A program made the position numbers and the translations under genes. The notes under the pieces are model-generated. The model worked only from the letters and a program-made list of their open reading frames with translations. It did no database searches and had not been told where the DNA came from. From Styela clava (taxonomy: Eukaryota), in the NCBI RefSeq assembly GCF_964204865.1, contig NC_135252.1:7068001-7132000 (forward strand): DNA of 64,000 nt, read 5' to 3'. The stretch's first letter is position 1; each line of letters opens with the position of its first letter. This document shows, piece by piece, positions 45,601-57,600 of this stretch.

Positions 45601-48600
45601 AGTTTATGCCTAGTTTGGATTTATAGGTTATGAAATGATCTAGATAAAATGAATGCCTTCTCACTTTTTTCTTGCATGTTTGTTGAATGACATTTGTGTT
45701 GTTTGATTGCAACATCGGATTCTCTTAATAAATTCTTTCCCATTCTGGTAATTGCCACTTGTTTTGGGGAATGATTCTCACATGGAATGACTTCTTGTCT
45801 GACAGAAAAAAAGTGACATGAATAAAACCATTGATTTATCTCTGGAATAAAACAAATTTATGAAAACAAGTGACAACATTCAGTTATTTAAACACATAGG
45901 CCTAGTCCATATATATTAAAGAGAATATCACAGTATGCTTTGAGAATCAATCTAATCCAGAAGTTCATCTTACAATAAGCTTTTTGTCATTCCTGACTTT
46001 AGAATTCGATTTTCCTATCCATCCAGAGAATAGGAGAGGAAATTTGATAATCAAACTCAATCGCATGGTACATCACAGCCTCTCTTCCCCTTTACCTGTT
46101 CATATCAGATATGGGTATAGCTAACAAATTATAGATTTCAGATGCATGCACTTGTTGTGGTGGAAGAATAGTGCTAACATAAACCATCTGTCCTACAACG
46201 ACAACAAATTCAGCAATGCTGTCGCACATAGTTATCCCAGACAGGATTGGTACCTGTGAAGTGTGTACCCAACACTATTTGTGAGCTTCGATTCAGTTTT
46301 TTAATACAAGGCCTATATCAGGATGGTCCGAACCAAGGCCCATAGTGTTTGTTCTGTATTGCACTGCATACCTATTCTTGGCACTATTGTGGCCTGCGAA
46401 CAATGCAAAAATAACTTTGTGGCCCCCGGAGTCGACAACCTTGGACCACCCTGGCCTATACAATCCGAATAGAGATCACTTAAAATACCTTCTCCAATGT
46501 CCTTCAACTCCGGATTTAAAATAAACTGAGCTTGGGGCAAGCGATGAAGCAGGTACAGAATAGAACTCCTGTTCTTCAGTTTTCATGTCTTCTTCATTTT
46601 CTTTATTGTCATCATCATTGTCTTCAAGTCTTAAAGCAGTTGGTAAATTGGTTGCAATTGCTTCAATATTTCTCTGTAATTTTGATTTGATGGCTGGAGA
46701 TGCTAGAATACAGAAAAAATTTCAAAAAAAATTTAACGATTTGCAATGGATAAATACTTTTTCAAATACTTACATCCAATACCCTCTGTTACAGCAGCAA
46801 TGGCAATATCATGTGGTGCAGAAATTGCAGTTATAGTTTGAGGATGATCTTCTATAGAATCTGGATTATCATTGTCACCATTGTAATAAGGATGTTTCGT
46901 CGGCGAAAGCATCCGAGCTGATTTCTAGAAATAGAATATTGAACATAAGCATAATACTCTTCATATATCAGTAACAGTAAATGTAGGCTATTTCCCATTT
47001 AGAAATCTAATATATTATAAACCATGATATTATAAAAAAAAAAGTGTTTTGAAGATCTCAAATGCTAAAAATTTAATTTATTCAGAATATTGAACAAGTT
47101 CTGAATTTTTTGAATATAAAAACATTAATATGAATAGTAAATGCTAATAAATTAAACATAGGGGTATTTTTTTTGTGGGTGCAGTGACGTAGTGGTTACT
47201 GGTTAGATCGCTGGGCAACAGCTTGAACATTTCAAGTTCAAACTCCATGCCCACAGCTTAGCCGTGGATTCAATAAATTGGAAAAGCAATGCTGAAATGG
47301 ATACTTAGAGCGGTGTTTCCCAACTTTGGTCACCTGAAATTTTTCTCTGGCCTCTTGTTTTTTCAATAATAACCTTGAAAGTACTGATTTTATTTTGTTG
47401 GGGACGACTGGCTTAGAGCATTAGTTCCCAAGTATTTATGATTGCTTGTCCGAAGCTTTGCGCAAGGTATGGGTATGAAAGCGATTAATAATAACATTGA
47501 TTCAAGCACATCCATATTTAAATAGTGTCAAATTCTAACATCTTTTCTTGGATTCCCTCATAATATACTGAAAAATGAGTACAAATGCTATAAAATATAA
47601 TCATTCTGTAAAATGATAAATGTACTGTAAACGGAAATTTTAAAAATAGTAACAAAAACCCTTTTTTAATAACACTAATTTTAAATGTGGTTCATCTGGA
47701 TTACTTGGACAACCAAAAACACAACTCACATCTCTAGTTGCACTTGTGCCCCAAAACCCTCCAGGTAACCCTTTTTCTTCTTCACTGTCTCCATCTGGGT
47801 CATTTTCTTGAGATCTAAGAAAACTGCGCTCAATCAGATTCTTCCTTGCTTTCCTGTGTAGTCTTTCTATCTCAGATGATTGTTTTACAAGAGCAGTTGC
47901 ACCCTATGAAATGGATGCTAATTAAACCCAGGAAACAAAAAAAATGACAAAAATTTCATTAGAGCACTTTACTCACTTTTTCAGTAGGATATTCATGTTT
48001 GTAATGGGCTGTCAATTTACCAGATGCATCGATGGTAACTTGATTAATATTATATGTACATCTATTCTTTTTGGGCGTTAAATTCTCAGCTGCAGCTACA
48101 CTTCGATATAAAATTTCTTGTTCCTCTTTCATCTGAAATATTTGAAAGTAAATTAATTACCGTAAACAAACATAAGCTGGAAATAGGTTACAATTACACC
48201 CTAAAATAAATTGTACTGAATTCGGGTATTTCATTATAGTTTTTTTAGGATGGAAAATAGGCTGAATTCATTTTCAAGTTTTATATAGACTTAACTAATT
48301 TGATACTAGGTTTGAGAGCTGAGAGTAATTTATTTATTAATGCAATATAACCAATACAATTTTTTTAAATGAAAAAAATACAAAAATCAAAAAAGCAGTT
48401 TTATAATAGGAGAGATTTCATGATCATATCGGGGGAGTGGGATCTCATAAAATTGCTAAATGATATAGCAAATCTTTATCTCTTGTTCAGTTACCAGTAC
48501 ATAGACACCAGGTATACACTTCTGATGCACGAACATAAATATATTGAAGAATGAATTCAGAGATCCATTTAAAAAAATATCCCATTCTCAATTTCATAGC

Positions 48601-51600
48601 AGATGTAAACACTAATATTGAATCGAGGTAAATTTTTTGGTCAACTTTGTATTATTGGAACCATGAAGTGTTCAAGTACAGCAAATACAGAATTTTGATA
48701 TATTTCAATACGTACATTTTCTGATTGTGCCTTTGTGGCAACCTGTCTTTGGGCTCTACTAATCTGAGTCACCCTCTTCTGTACATTTCGTTGAAACTCT
48801 TTCAATTTCATTTCTTTCTCTTCAATAACTTTGTCGATCTTTTGTTGTTCAATGATTGCATCATGCTAAATACAAGCAAGAGTGTCAATGAGTGATGACA
48901 AATCCTCTACAAGTAAATAACTTTACTGATTCAGATAATGCGAGTGCCCTTGCTTTGAGCAACCATTTACGAGCATTTTTAAGATACACTATGGGCAAGA
49001 CAGCAACAATTTGTTTAGTGATGACCTAAAATTAAAAATGTCACAAAATACAAGGTATCTGGAGGTCAAATTGGTTCGCTAGGTACTAATAAAATAAAAG
49101 ATTTAATAGGTCTTCTACCTGAAAAGTTAACAATTCTTGTAGCTTTTAGTTATCTAAGGAGAGGGTAACTAGGTAGGTAACTAGGGAGAGAAATACCACC
49201 AAATCACATACTACAAAAAATCCTTGAATTATTGGGTGAAATATAATCATTCACAAAAAAGTAATGGAGCAGTTCCTGAGTGCTGGAACCAGAATGAAAT
49301 AAAATATGATTGCGATAAGAAGGATAATCATGAACATTGGCCACAATGAAGCATCTTATACAGTCGCAAAAGGTTTCAAAACTGTAAGAAACTCATCTTC
49401 AATTCTTGTAAATAGCACATGAAAGCAGATGATGCTTCCGAACTCAGCGAACTGGTGCCCAGATGACTGATCCATGATTACTCACCAAGACATAATCTCT
49501 GACCGAAGCAATAAATATACCAAGTCCAAGACCCTAGCAAAGTGATAGCTAATACTTTATTACCCATTGCAAATATTACCGTAAATTCGTTATAAGCCAT
49601 AACGCGTTTCCTTAGAAATCTACCTTAATAAACAATCCCTGATATCAATACTAGATAACAACTTCTCGGGTCAGAATCAGCCAGTTTTTTTGAACATATA
49701 TTTCCTTTATTGCAATAAATACGGTAATCAAATAACAGTGACGATTTCATGATGAATATATTCTAACTTACAAATCAATAACATACATGTGAAAAAAGGT
49801 TAATATTACAGAACAGATCAGATTTAATCACTTCCTTATAAAAGATAGTAGCAATATACAGAGTTAACTTCACTGAAAAATTAATGAAATCTATTTTGGC
49901 TGAGCTTGACTAAACCTATGATTTTAACTTGGCAAGAATTGAAATTAGAATTGAGCTTGTGGTACATTTTTGTTACAATATTATTTATTGAGAATAGAAT
50001 TCCAAAGTAATTCGATCATTTACATACTACTAGCACCCATACAATGTATATAACTTTTCCATATGATCAAAAATATTTATACATAGGTAAACATTGTATT
50101 GAGGTCAAATGTATTAAAATTTGAATATTCCTATATATAAAAATTCTGGTTTGAAAATATTTCATCATCCAATAAAAATTTATAATGTATGCAAAAAAGA
50201 TGATAGTTTAGCAATATAATTTGTAAAACAAACATTTAAAGTTCTGCAAAAAAAATCTGAATTACCATATATCCTCGCATATAAGCTGAGTTTAAAACTC
50301 AAAAACAGAATTGCCATACCAAGAGGGCGGCAGAACTAACTCTGGTCGCACTAAAAATTTGGCTTATACACACAAAGCTCTGAGCACACTCAAATAAAAG
50401 ACATTATGCTAACTTTAATTCAACAGCTACAAGTTCTCACGCAAAGCAGCATTTGAAACGCTATGACAGCGATATCAGTCTGTGATTGGTTGTCATACAC
50501 ATGATCGCTTGTTTAGATTTGTAGGGTCGGCTTATATGCTAATTTTTATGAATTCACCGTTTTAGAGCAGTTTTTTTGGGGGGTCAGCTCATATGTGAGG
50601 GAGGATATATGGCAGGTCAGGATTTACTTTTCATAAAGCATTCTTTTTCAACATACTACAACGTAGCAAACACAGGTGAAACCAACTATGTCAAAAGATT
50701 GATTTCACTTATACTTAATGATGTAAGAACATTTACCGGTACACTTTCTGATGAGAAGTTGAAGAACTTGGACTGAGTATGGTGCAGTGTTATAATGACC
50801 AATAAATGCTTTTCATGTTTGAACAAGGAAAATTAATAATTTCTGTTAGAATTATAAAAATGAAGATAATGAGGAGTTCAATTATTTTGAGGTTGACAAA
50901 ACTGTTTAAAAACAAAACAAGATTTCAAAGGTGTAATGTTGGGAAGCATAATATAGAATAACATGGACATATTATAAATTGATTAGGAGAAAATCATATT
51001 GTCATAGTTTATTTTATTGGACTGAAAACAATCATCTTATAATTTCCATTCGCTACATTGTATAAAATGCATAGAATCGATGAATCGATGAAATAGAACA
51101 TCAAGCCAATAATATTACCAAATATATGTTTGGATGGATCGCTTTGGCACAACAGCATTGAAATTTAAATTTTTAGATGAGCCATGTACTGAAACAGTAA
51201 ATGAAACATCTGTGTCTTCCTTGTTTAAGACAACCATGACTGTATAGCCATCTTTTCTAAATACAGCAGTATATTTGATTTTCAGTTGTTGATCGGACTG
51301 TGAATGTACTCTAACAGAATTTTCATTGATATACTTTGAAAAATGTCCGAGATGATAAAACATTGGTTGCTTGTAAAATTCATCTGCCGTGGCATTGACA
51401 ATAATCGGACTATTATCAAAATTTTTTACCCAGTTAGGGCCTCCTTGCATATCCAAGCACATGTTCCAATCCACCCATCCTACAGCCCAGTTATTCAAGT
51501 TGTCCAAAATATCATTGCTGTACTTTTCCCCCATTTCCCAGTTGCCGATCGATTCTGTAGGTGGATGTTTCACACAGGCTTCAGTAGCCAAAATAAATTT

Positions 51601-54600
51601 ATCAGGAAATAAATTATGAGTAATATTAAGCACTTCAGGTCCAATAAGCCAATCCCAATACCAATGAACTCCTATACCAGAAACATACTTCGCAGCACTT
51701 GGATCAGATAAGACTTCTTTAGGCCATGCCGGTAAAAATACACGTTGGTCATCATGGATCATTAATTTAACATTACCATAACCCTTCTTTTCCAGCATTG
51801 GACCTAAGTCAGTCTTCACGAAGTCTTTTTGTTGTTCTGGTGTCCAACCCATTGCTTGCCATTTAGCAGCTAAAACCAGACCATTAGATGGTTCATTTTG
51901 CATAGTAACACCCCAAAAATTGATTCCCTCTTTCTTGTATTCATCGAAAAATCTTGTAAAATATTCTGCCCATGTTTTGTGATATTTATCACCAGCTTTA
52001 CCTTGTAATCCCCCTATACCAATTTCATCACCACTTGTTTTCATCCATGCCGGAGCTGTCCACGGACTTGCGTAAAGTGAAATATTTTTCATAGTCATGG
52101 AGAAGATTTGCTTTAGCAATGGAATTTTGAATTTGATATCCTCCATAGCAAGAGCAAAAGTGCTCAAGTTAAAATCATTTGGTTTGTCTAGATAGGTATA
52201 TTCTCTTGTTGAATAATCACATCCAGCCATTGGAATTCGAATAAGATTGTACTCAATACTACCTTTGCCAAAGTAGGATTTCAGTAAATTATCTCTTGAT
52301 TTGGGCGAAAGCGACATGATGTTAATGGAGGCAGCGTCAGTTAAAGCACCACCAAAACCTTTGATTGCCTGGTAAAATTTTGTGGTGTTGATAATGATAT
52401 TGACAGACGAATCTTTTTTGAAGTTCTCATGAAGGTATTCAAGATCATAAAATGTTGATGAAAGCGATTACCGCTCATTGAAGATGTCAGGACAAGTAGT
52501 TTTCCTTTTCCCGGAAAAGTTTTGTTTAGAGTGTCACAGTATGTTGAGTTACAGACACAAACTGAAGAATCGCTCCCATACTTTCTAACAACACATGGAG
52601 TGCTCGTGGTAGCACCGAGCAAAAGAAAAGTATTTACCAAGAATATATATAACCTATACATTATTGTGCTTAGTAAATCCTGAAATACATATACTGTTGT
52701 TTGAATACAAATATAAGACAGAACCTGACAGCTTAAACTACAATCGTTGTGTTACTGTAATCAAAAAGCTCATAGATTGCGGTCATAAGGTAGACTAGGT
52801 CTAAATAACACTTGCGAATTGACGAAGCCGTATGAGGTACCGAACTGTTGTACTGGGATTGTTGAAGTTGATACATTCTGCAGCTCTAAAGGGTGTTCAT
52901 AATGTAACTTTTATGGGGACTGATGTTCAAAAAACGAGGACGTAGGCTAATCATAATAAAATTTGAGGCATATTGAAAAACTGATGCTGGACTACTAGAG
53001 TACAGCAGTATGATACTAGCTTGGGGGTCTCGTGTAGTTTCATACTTCTAGTAGGCGTACCGTAAACGCAGGTAACTTCGGATGGTTTGTAACTTCGGAT
53101 GAAATTTTCAAACGTTTATATCTTGACTAAATTACGTCATATTTTGCTTCTGGCAGTTTCTATAGAGAGTCCTTATATATCTAAATCTGTTATCATATTC
53201 AATCGCCTAATCTTATTTATTTTTTGACACAAAAAATCACATTTTATCCAAAAATTGACACCTTGTTTTTAAGCGGCTAACATAGCGAATTCTGTCGCCG
53301 CTAACTTCACTAAAAGACCATCAATCGCTAGAGGGCATACACAATGTACAAGGAAAATTACAGTGATCACGAGATGTCGTGTGCGATTCAAGTAAAATAT
53401 ATTATTTTGATTTAAAAATTTCGTCAAAATATCGACGTTACGAGGCTTACGCTGAACGTGACGTCAACAACGTGATTCAATTTCGCTCCATTTAACGCCG
53501 ACGTCACATTGCGTAGCTCGCTGCGACATTTGAACGCCAGACTATGTGGCGCCACGTGTAGTTAAATATAAAGTGAAAGCTCCTACCTGATCCTAGTCAC
53601 CAAATCCTACAAAAACTTCATTATAGCCCCAGTCATATGCTGTTTATTCATTGTGAATCCGTTTATTGCACATCAAATTTGTGCGTTAATATTTTTGCAT
53701 TCATTCTCCGAACGTATAGATGTTGTTGATACGTAAGGCTAATGAACAGCCAGTTACGCGTATCTATACTATCACAATGATAAGGTATGTATGTTTACGA
53801 TGATAATATCTTAAGCGTAGAAATAGAATGTTGCACAGGTGAGCATGAAACTCAGGTGCACTCAGTAGCAGGTCGAAAAATGAAGAAAAGAGTATCAAAG
53901 TTTCTATTTGGCGTTTTTATCTGTTTCATGTCATTTGACTTTGTCTATCTGCCTGTGAATACATTATATCTGAATTATGAACACGAGCCACAAGCTACAC
54001 CGTTCCATATTGTTTTCCATTTCCACTGCCATTTTTTACTACCTATCGTAATTCATCATTCGTTTTATTATTATTTTCATTCGTTTCATTTTTGCTTCGT
54101 ATTAAAATTGGTTTTCCACTTCCATTTTTACGACTTAGTTTATTCGTCTGTTTTTTTTATTTTCATTTGTCCCACGTTGTCTCATTTTTGTTTTGTATTA
54201 AAACGATCATATTAGCAACATCTAGCACTTTCATGAAATTAAGAATAGTCAGAAGTAAATGGTTCAGTTTTGCGAAATGTCAGAAATAGCGCTGGGCAAA
54301 ATTATCATAAATTATTACATGCGTTGTATTTTGAAGCATTTTAGCGGTAATAATTATGGCGTGACACTGTCAAAATCGTCGAGTAAAGTGCTGTGTTCGC
54401 AAATTCCGTAGATAAAATTGTGAGTTAGTCGGTAACGATTTTAGCTATAATAACCGTCCGGTTATTGTTTTGTCCAAAAAAAAAACGTTAAAACTTGAGG
54501 GAAATAGTTATATATAATTAGGACCAAAAGCCCAATGACAAGTATAAATGCATAACGGCCGATTTATTCAATTATTATTATAAATAAAAATTCAGGATTC

Positions 54601-57600
54601 GTGCAATCGCAGGTGCAAAGCATAAGAACGTCAATCATCGTCTTCATAAATATCTCCATCCCGGTGTCGCTTTAAACTCGAACGATTAATAATATACAAA
54701 CAGTGATAAGATCAAAGCCAACACTTAAGATAATGAAATCAGTCCTTCTTGTCTTCAAGAGCTGTTGCCGACGTAAACGCACGGGTATACCAGATCAATG
54801 ACATTAAGCATGCTGCTAATGTCATTGACCAGATATATAAAACTTCAATGTCCGCCGACCCGAAAGAATTAACAATCGGAAAAAAATAAAACGGCCGTCA
54901 TAGATGAACGTCAGTGTGCGACACGCAAAACGGATCACGGCATCGTAAGTTCTACGCAGCGACGTTATAACGCGTCACTGATCACGCAGACATTTCTCTC
55001 TCACGACGAAGTGACGCAAAGCGAAAAGTGGCCATCCGAAGTTAGAAACATTTGGAATACAGATCTGCAGACAAATAAAGTCAATAATTTGAATGAAAAA
55101 GGGTATTGACTGATATGAAACTGAGTTTATCGTGAAGAGAAAGGCATCAATGTATTATATTCCAAGTTTGGCTTCAATTGAACAATAAACGGCGGAGAAA
55201 TTGTTTATAATATAGTGAAATCATCCGAAGTTACCTGCTTTTACGGTAGCATAACAATCTTTCGACATGCCAATCCTAACCCTCATTTGAGTACGCCATC
55301 CAAAAATTACGTCACTACGACGTCACAATCACGTCATAGAGCTTATCAAATATGATCGCCCGAAATGGCATCAGCGCTGACGATAAAGAACTGACTAAAG
55401 TCAGCGATCTCTCTCCTATCGGGATCAATGCAACGTGTGAAATGGCTGTTCGATTTCGGGTTATCGTCTGCGCATCTTGGATGACAGTTCGCATAGTTTG
55501 AAGGGCTCCATTACGTCACTGTGACGTCGTAGTGACATAATTTTTGGATGGTGGGGGTTAGGATTGACACGTGAAAAAATTGTTATGCTACACCTACTAG
55601 AAGTTCGTTAGGTACGAAACTACATGAGACCCCTAGTTTGGTAATAAATTAAAATTTGCCACAAAATATCGTAAGTCCACACCCACATCAGCACATAGAA
55701 TAGTCTATTCTGCTATTGGACAACAGTAGGTACGGGTACTGTATTCAAACCATACATCTCGAAAAATATCTACATGTTGGCTTAATATAGCTTATGTACG
55801 GTTTACCATAACCATCTCACTAGCAAATAGGCCTAGTCAACTGTCCCACCCTGCTAGACACCCTACAAACACACCTGAAAATGCGTTAATAACTACACGA
55901 AAGCTCTGCACAACAGTCCTAAAATCCACTGCCTGTTGGTGCCATCTAGCGGAGATATAAAGCCATCTCGTATTAATTCAGATCATAAGCCAGGTCAAGT
56001 ATATTCTACATCTATCGCGATCTCCAAAGTGTAACCATTAGTAAAATTATCCGCACTTGTATGATGCTTACAACAACAGCGGTATTTTTTAAGGAAATTT
56101 ATAGACAGATAGACCAAGTACACTGCACGGCAAGTAGACGTAGTTACGTTTATCTGTCTATGAGAGGCCATAAGAGCCAAGGTGCTTTGGGAGTGCAGAA
56201 TTTATACGATCGCTTCCAACCGAAAATACTACTACATCCGCGTCTCTATCTCACCCCACCCCATCTACGCATTCAATCAGCAAATAAAACTTCATTTCTG
56301 GACAGTTACCTTTTTTCCTTAACGCCAATCGCAACTTCCATGCATACGATTGATTCGTAACTCCAAAACTCAAATTAAATATGCCATTGAATAAAATGTC
56401 TACCTATTGCCATTACCGTACATCGCAGCACACACTTGATGTGAGTTGATGCATTTATTTGACTTGTATTTTTAAAAGTTTAAAGAGCTCATGGAAAAAG
56501 CTTATTACCGTACCAAAAGGCGCCCCGTGGACCGGTTTGCAACGATTTACTATCGATCTGCGAAAAAAAATTGTAGTTTCTCTGCTAGCGCCACTGCTTG
56601 GTTAACGTAAGGACAATGTTGGTTACTTTCTTGACAATCTTTCCGTCGTTATATTGAGTGTTTGACAAGTGTGAATGTGTGATATTATTTGCGGCGATGT
56701 TTTGGTGGCCGGGTATCACACTTTCCGATCCATCGCGAAAGCGTTTTGTTAATTCTCGCCAATGTCTAATATCTAAAAAAATATACTGTACATCTACGCG
56801 TTTTAGTCCACACCACCCTCGCATACAAGTGAACAAGGATATGTGAGTATTATCGTACTTGGACAACAAAATAAACAACTCTTAAATAAAATATTAAGCA
56901 CGTTATAGTGATATAGTCCTTTCCCCTTTTAGTATAATACATATCAGATCAGATAAGAATATTACTTGTTCCAAAATTTCTGCTCAAATGTGGAATGAGA
57001 TTGACATTTTAATCATAATTAATGGGACGAATATTTTTAACAATTTCCGACCCACATTCGTGTTTGGTATCATCGAGTAAACTAGAATTTTCCTTTAAAA
57101 AATTTATTTCAAAGAGTGTCGCATAATGCTCCTTGTACCACATTGCACGGAAAATGTCATATATAACTGTAGGCCACATTGTTTTATATATATATTATAG
57201 CAAAACAGTTCAATAGGCATGACTTTGAAAAAATAAGAATGTCGCATTGTTCAAAAAAGTGTCCACCGTTAGTATAAATCGTATGATTTGTCACTTTGTA
57301 TGCTGCCGTAACGCGTAAAAATAGTAAGTGTGGAAGGAAGCCTGTAACTTTCGAACTATGAATTTTGAGCAAGTCGCAATGCTACTTATGCCTTTGTTTT
57401 TTAATATGTTGTGTTGATAGTAGATGATCCTATGATTTTACATAATCATTCCACAACGAGTGACTTATTGGTGAAAAAAGCTCGTTCGTTACTCGTTAAA
57501 AGAGCCGACTTCTTCAGCCAAAAAAATATGCAATACATGGCCGACACGAGCATTTTTAAATTTCTCACAATATTAATTCAGCGTAATAGTATTCAACGTA

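Noticed and set aside
47178-47270. Possible tRNA gene
   Set aside because: A/B-box-like motifs only; no consistent cloverleaf or acceptor stem.
51343-51619. Plus-strand ORFs overlapping GBA
   Set aside because: Antisense shadows of the GBA coding sequence.
53787-54289. 142-aa Phe/His-rich ORF
   Set aside because: Low-complexity T-rich tandem repeat inside a non-autonomous transposon; no domain recognised.
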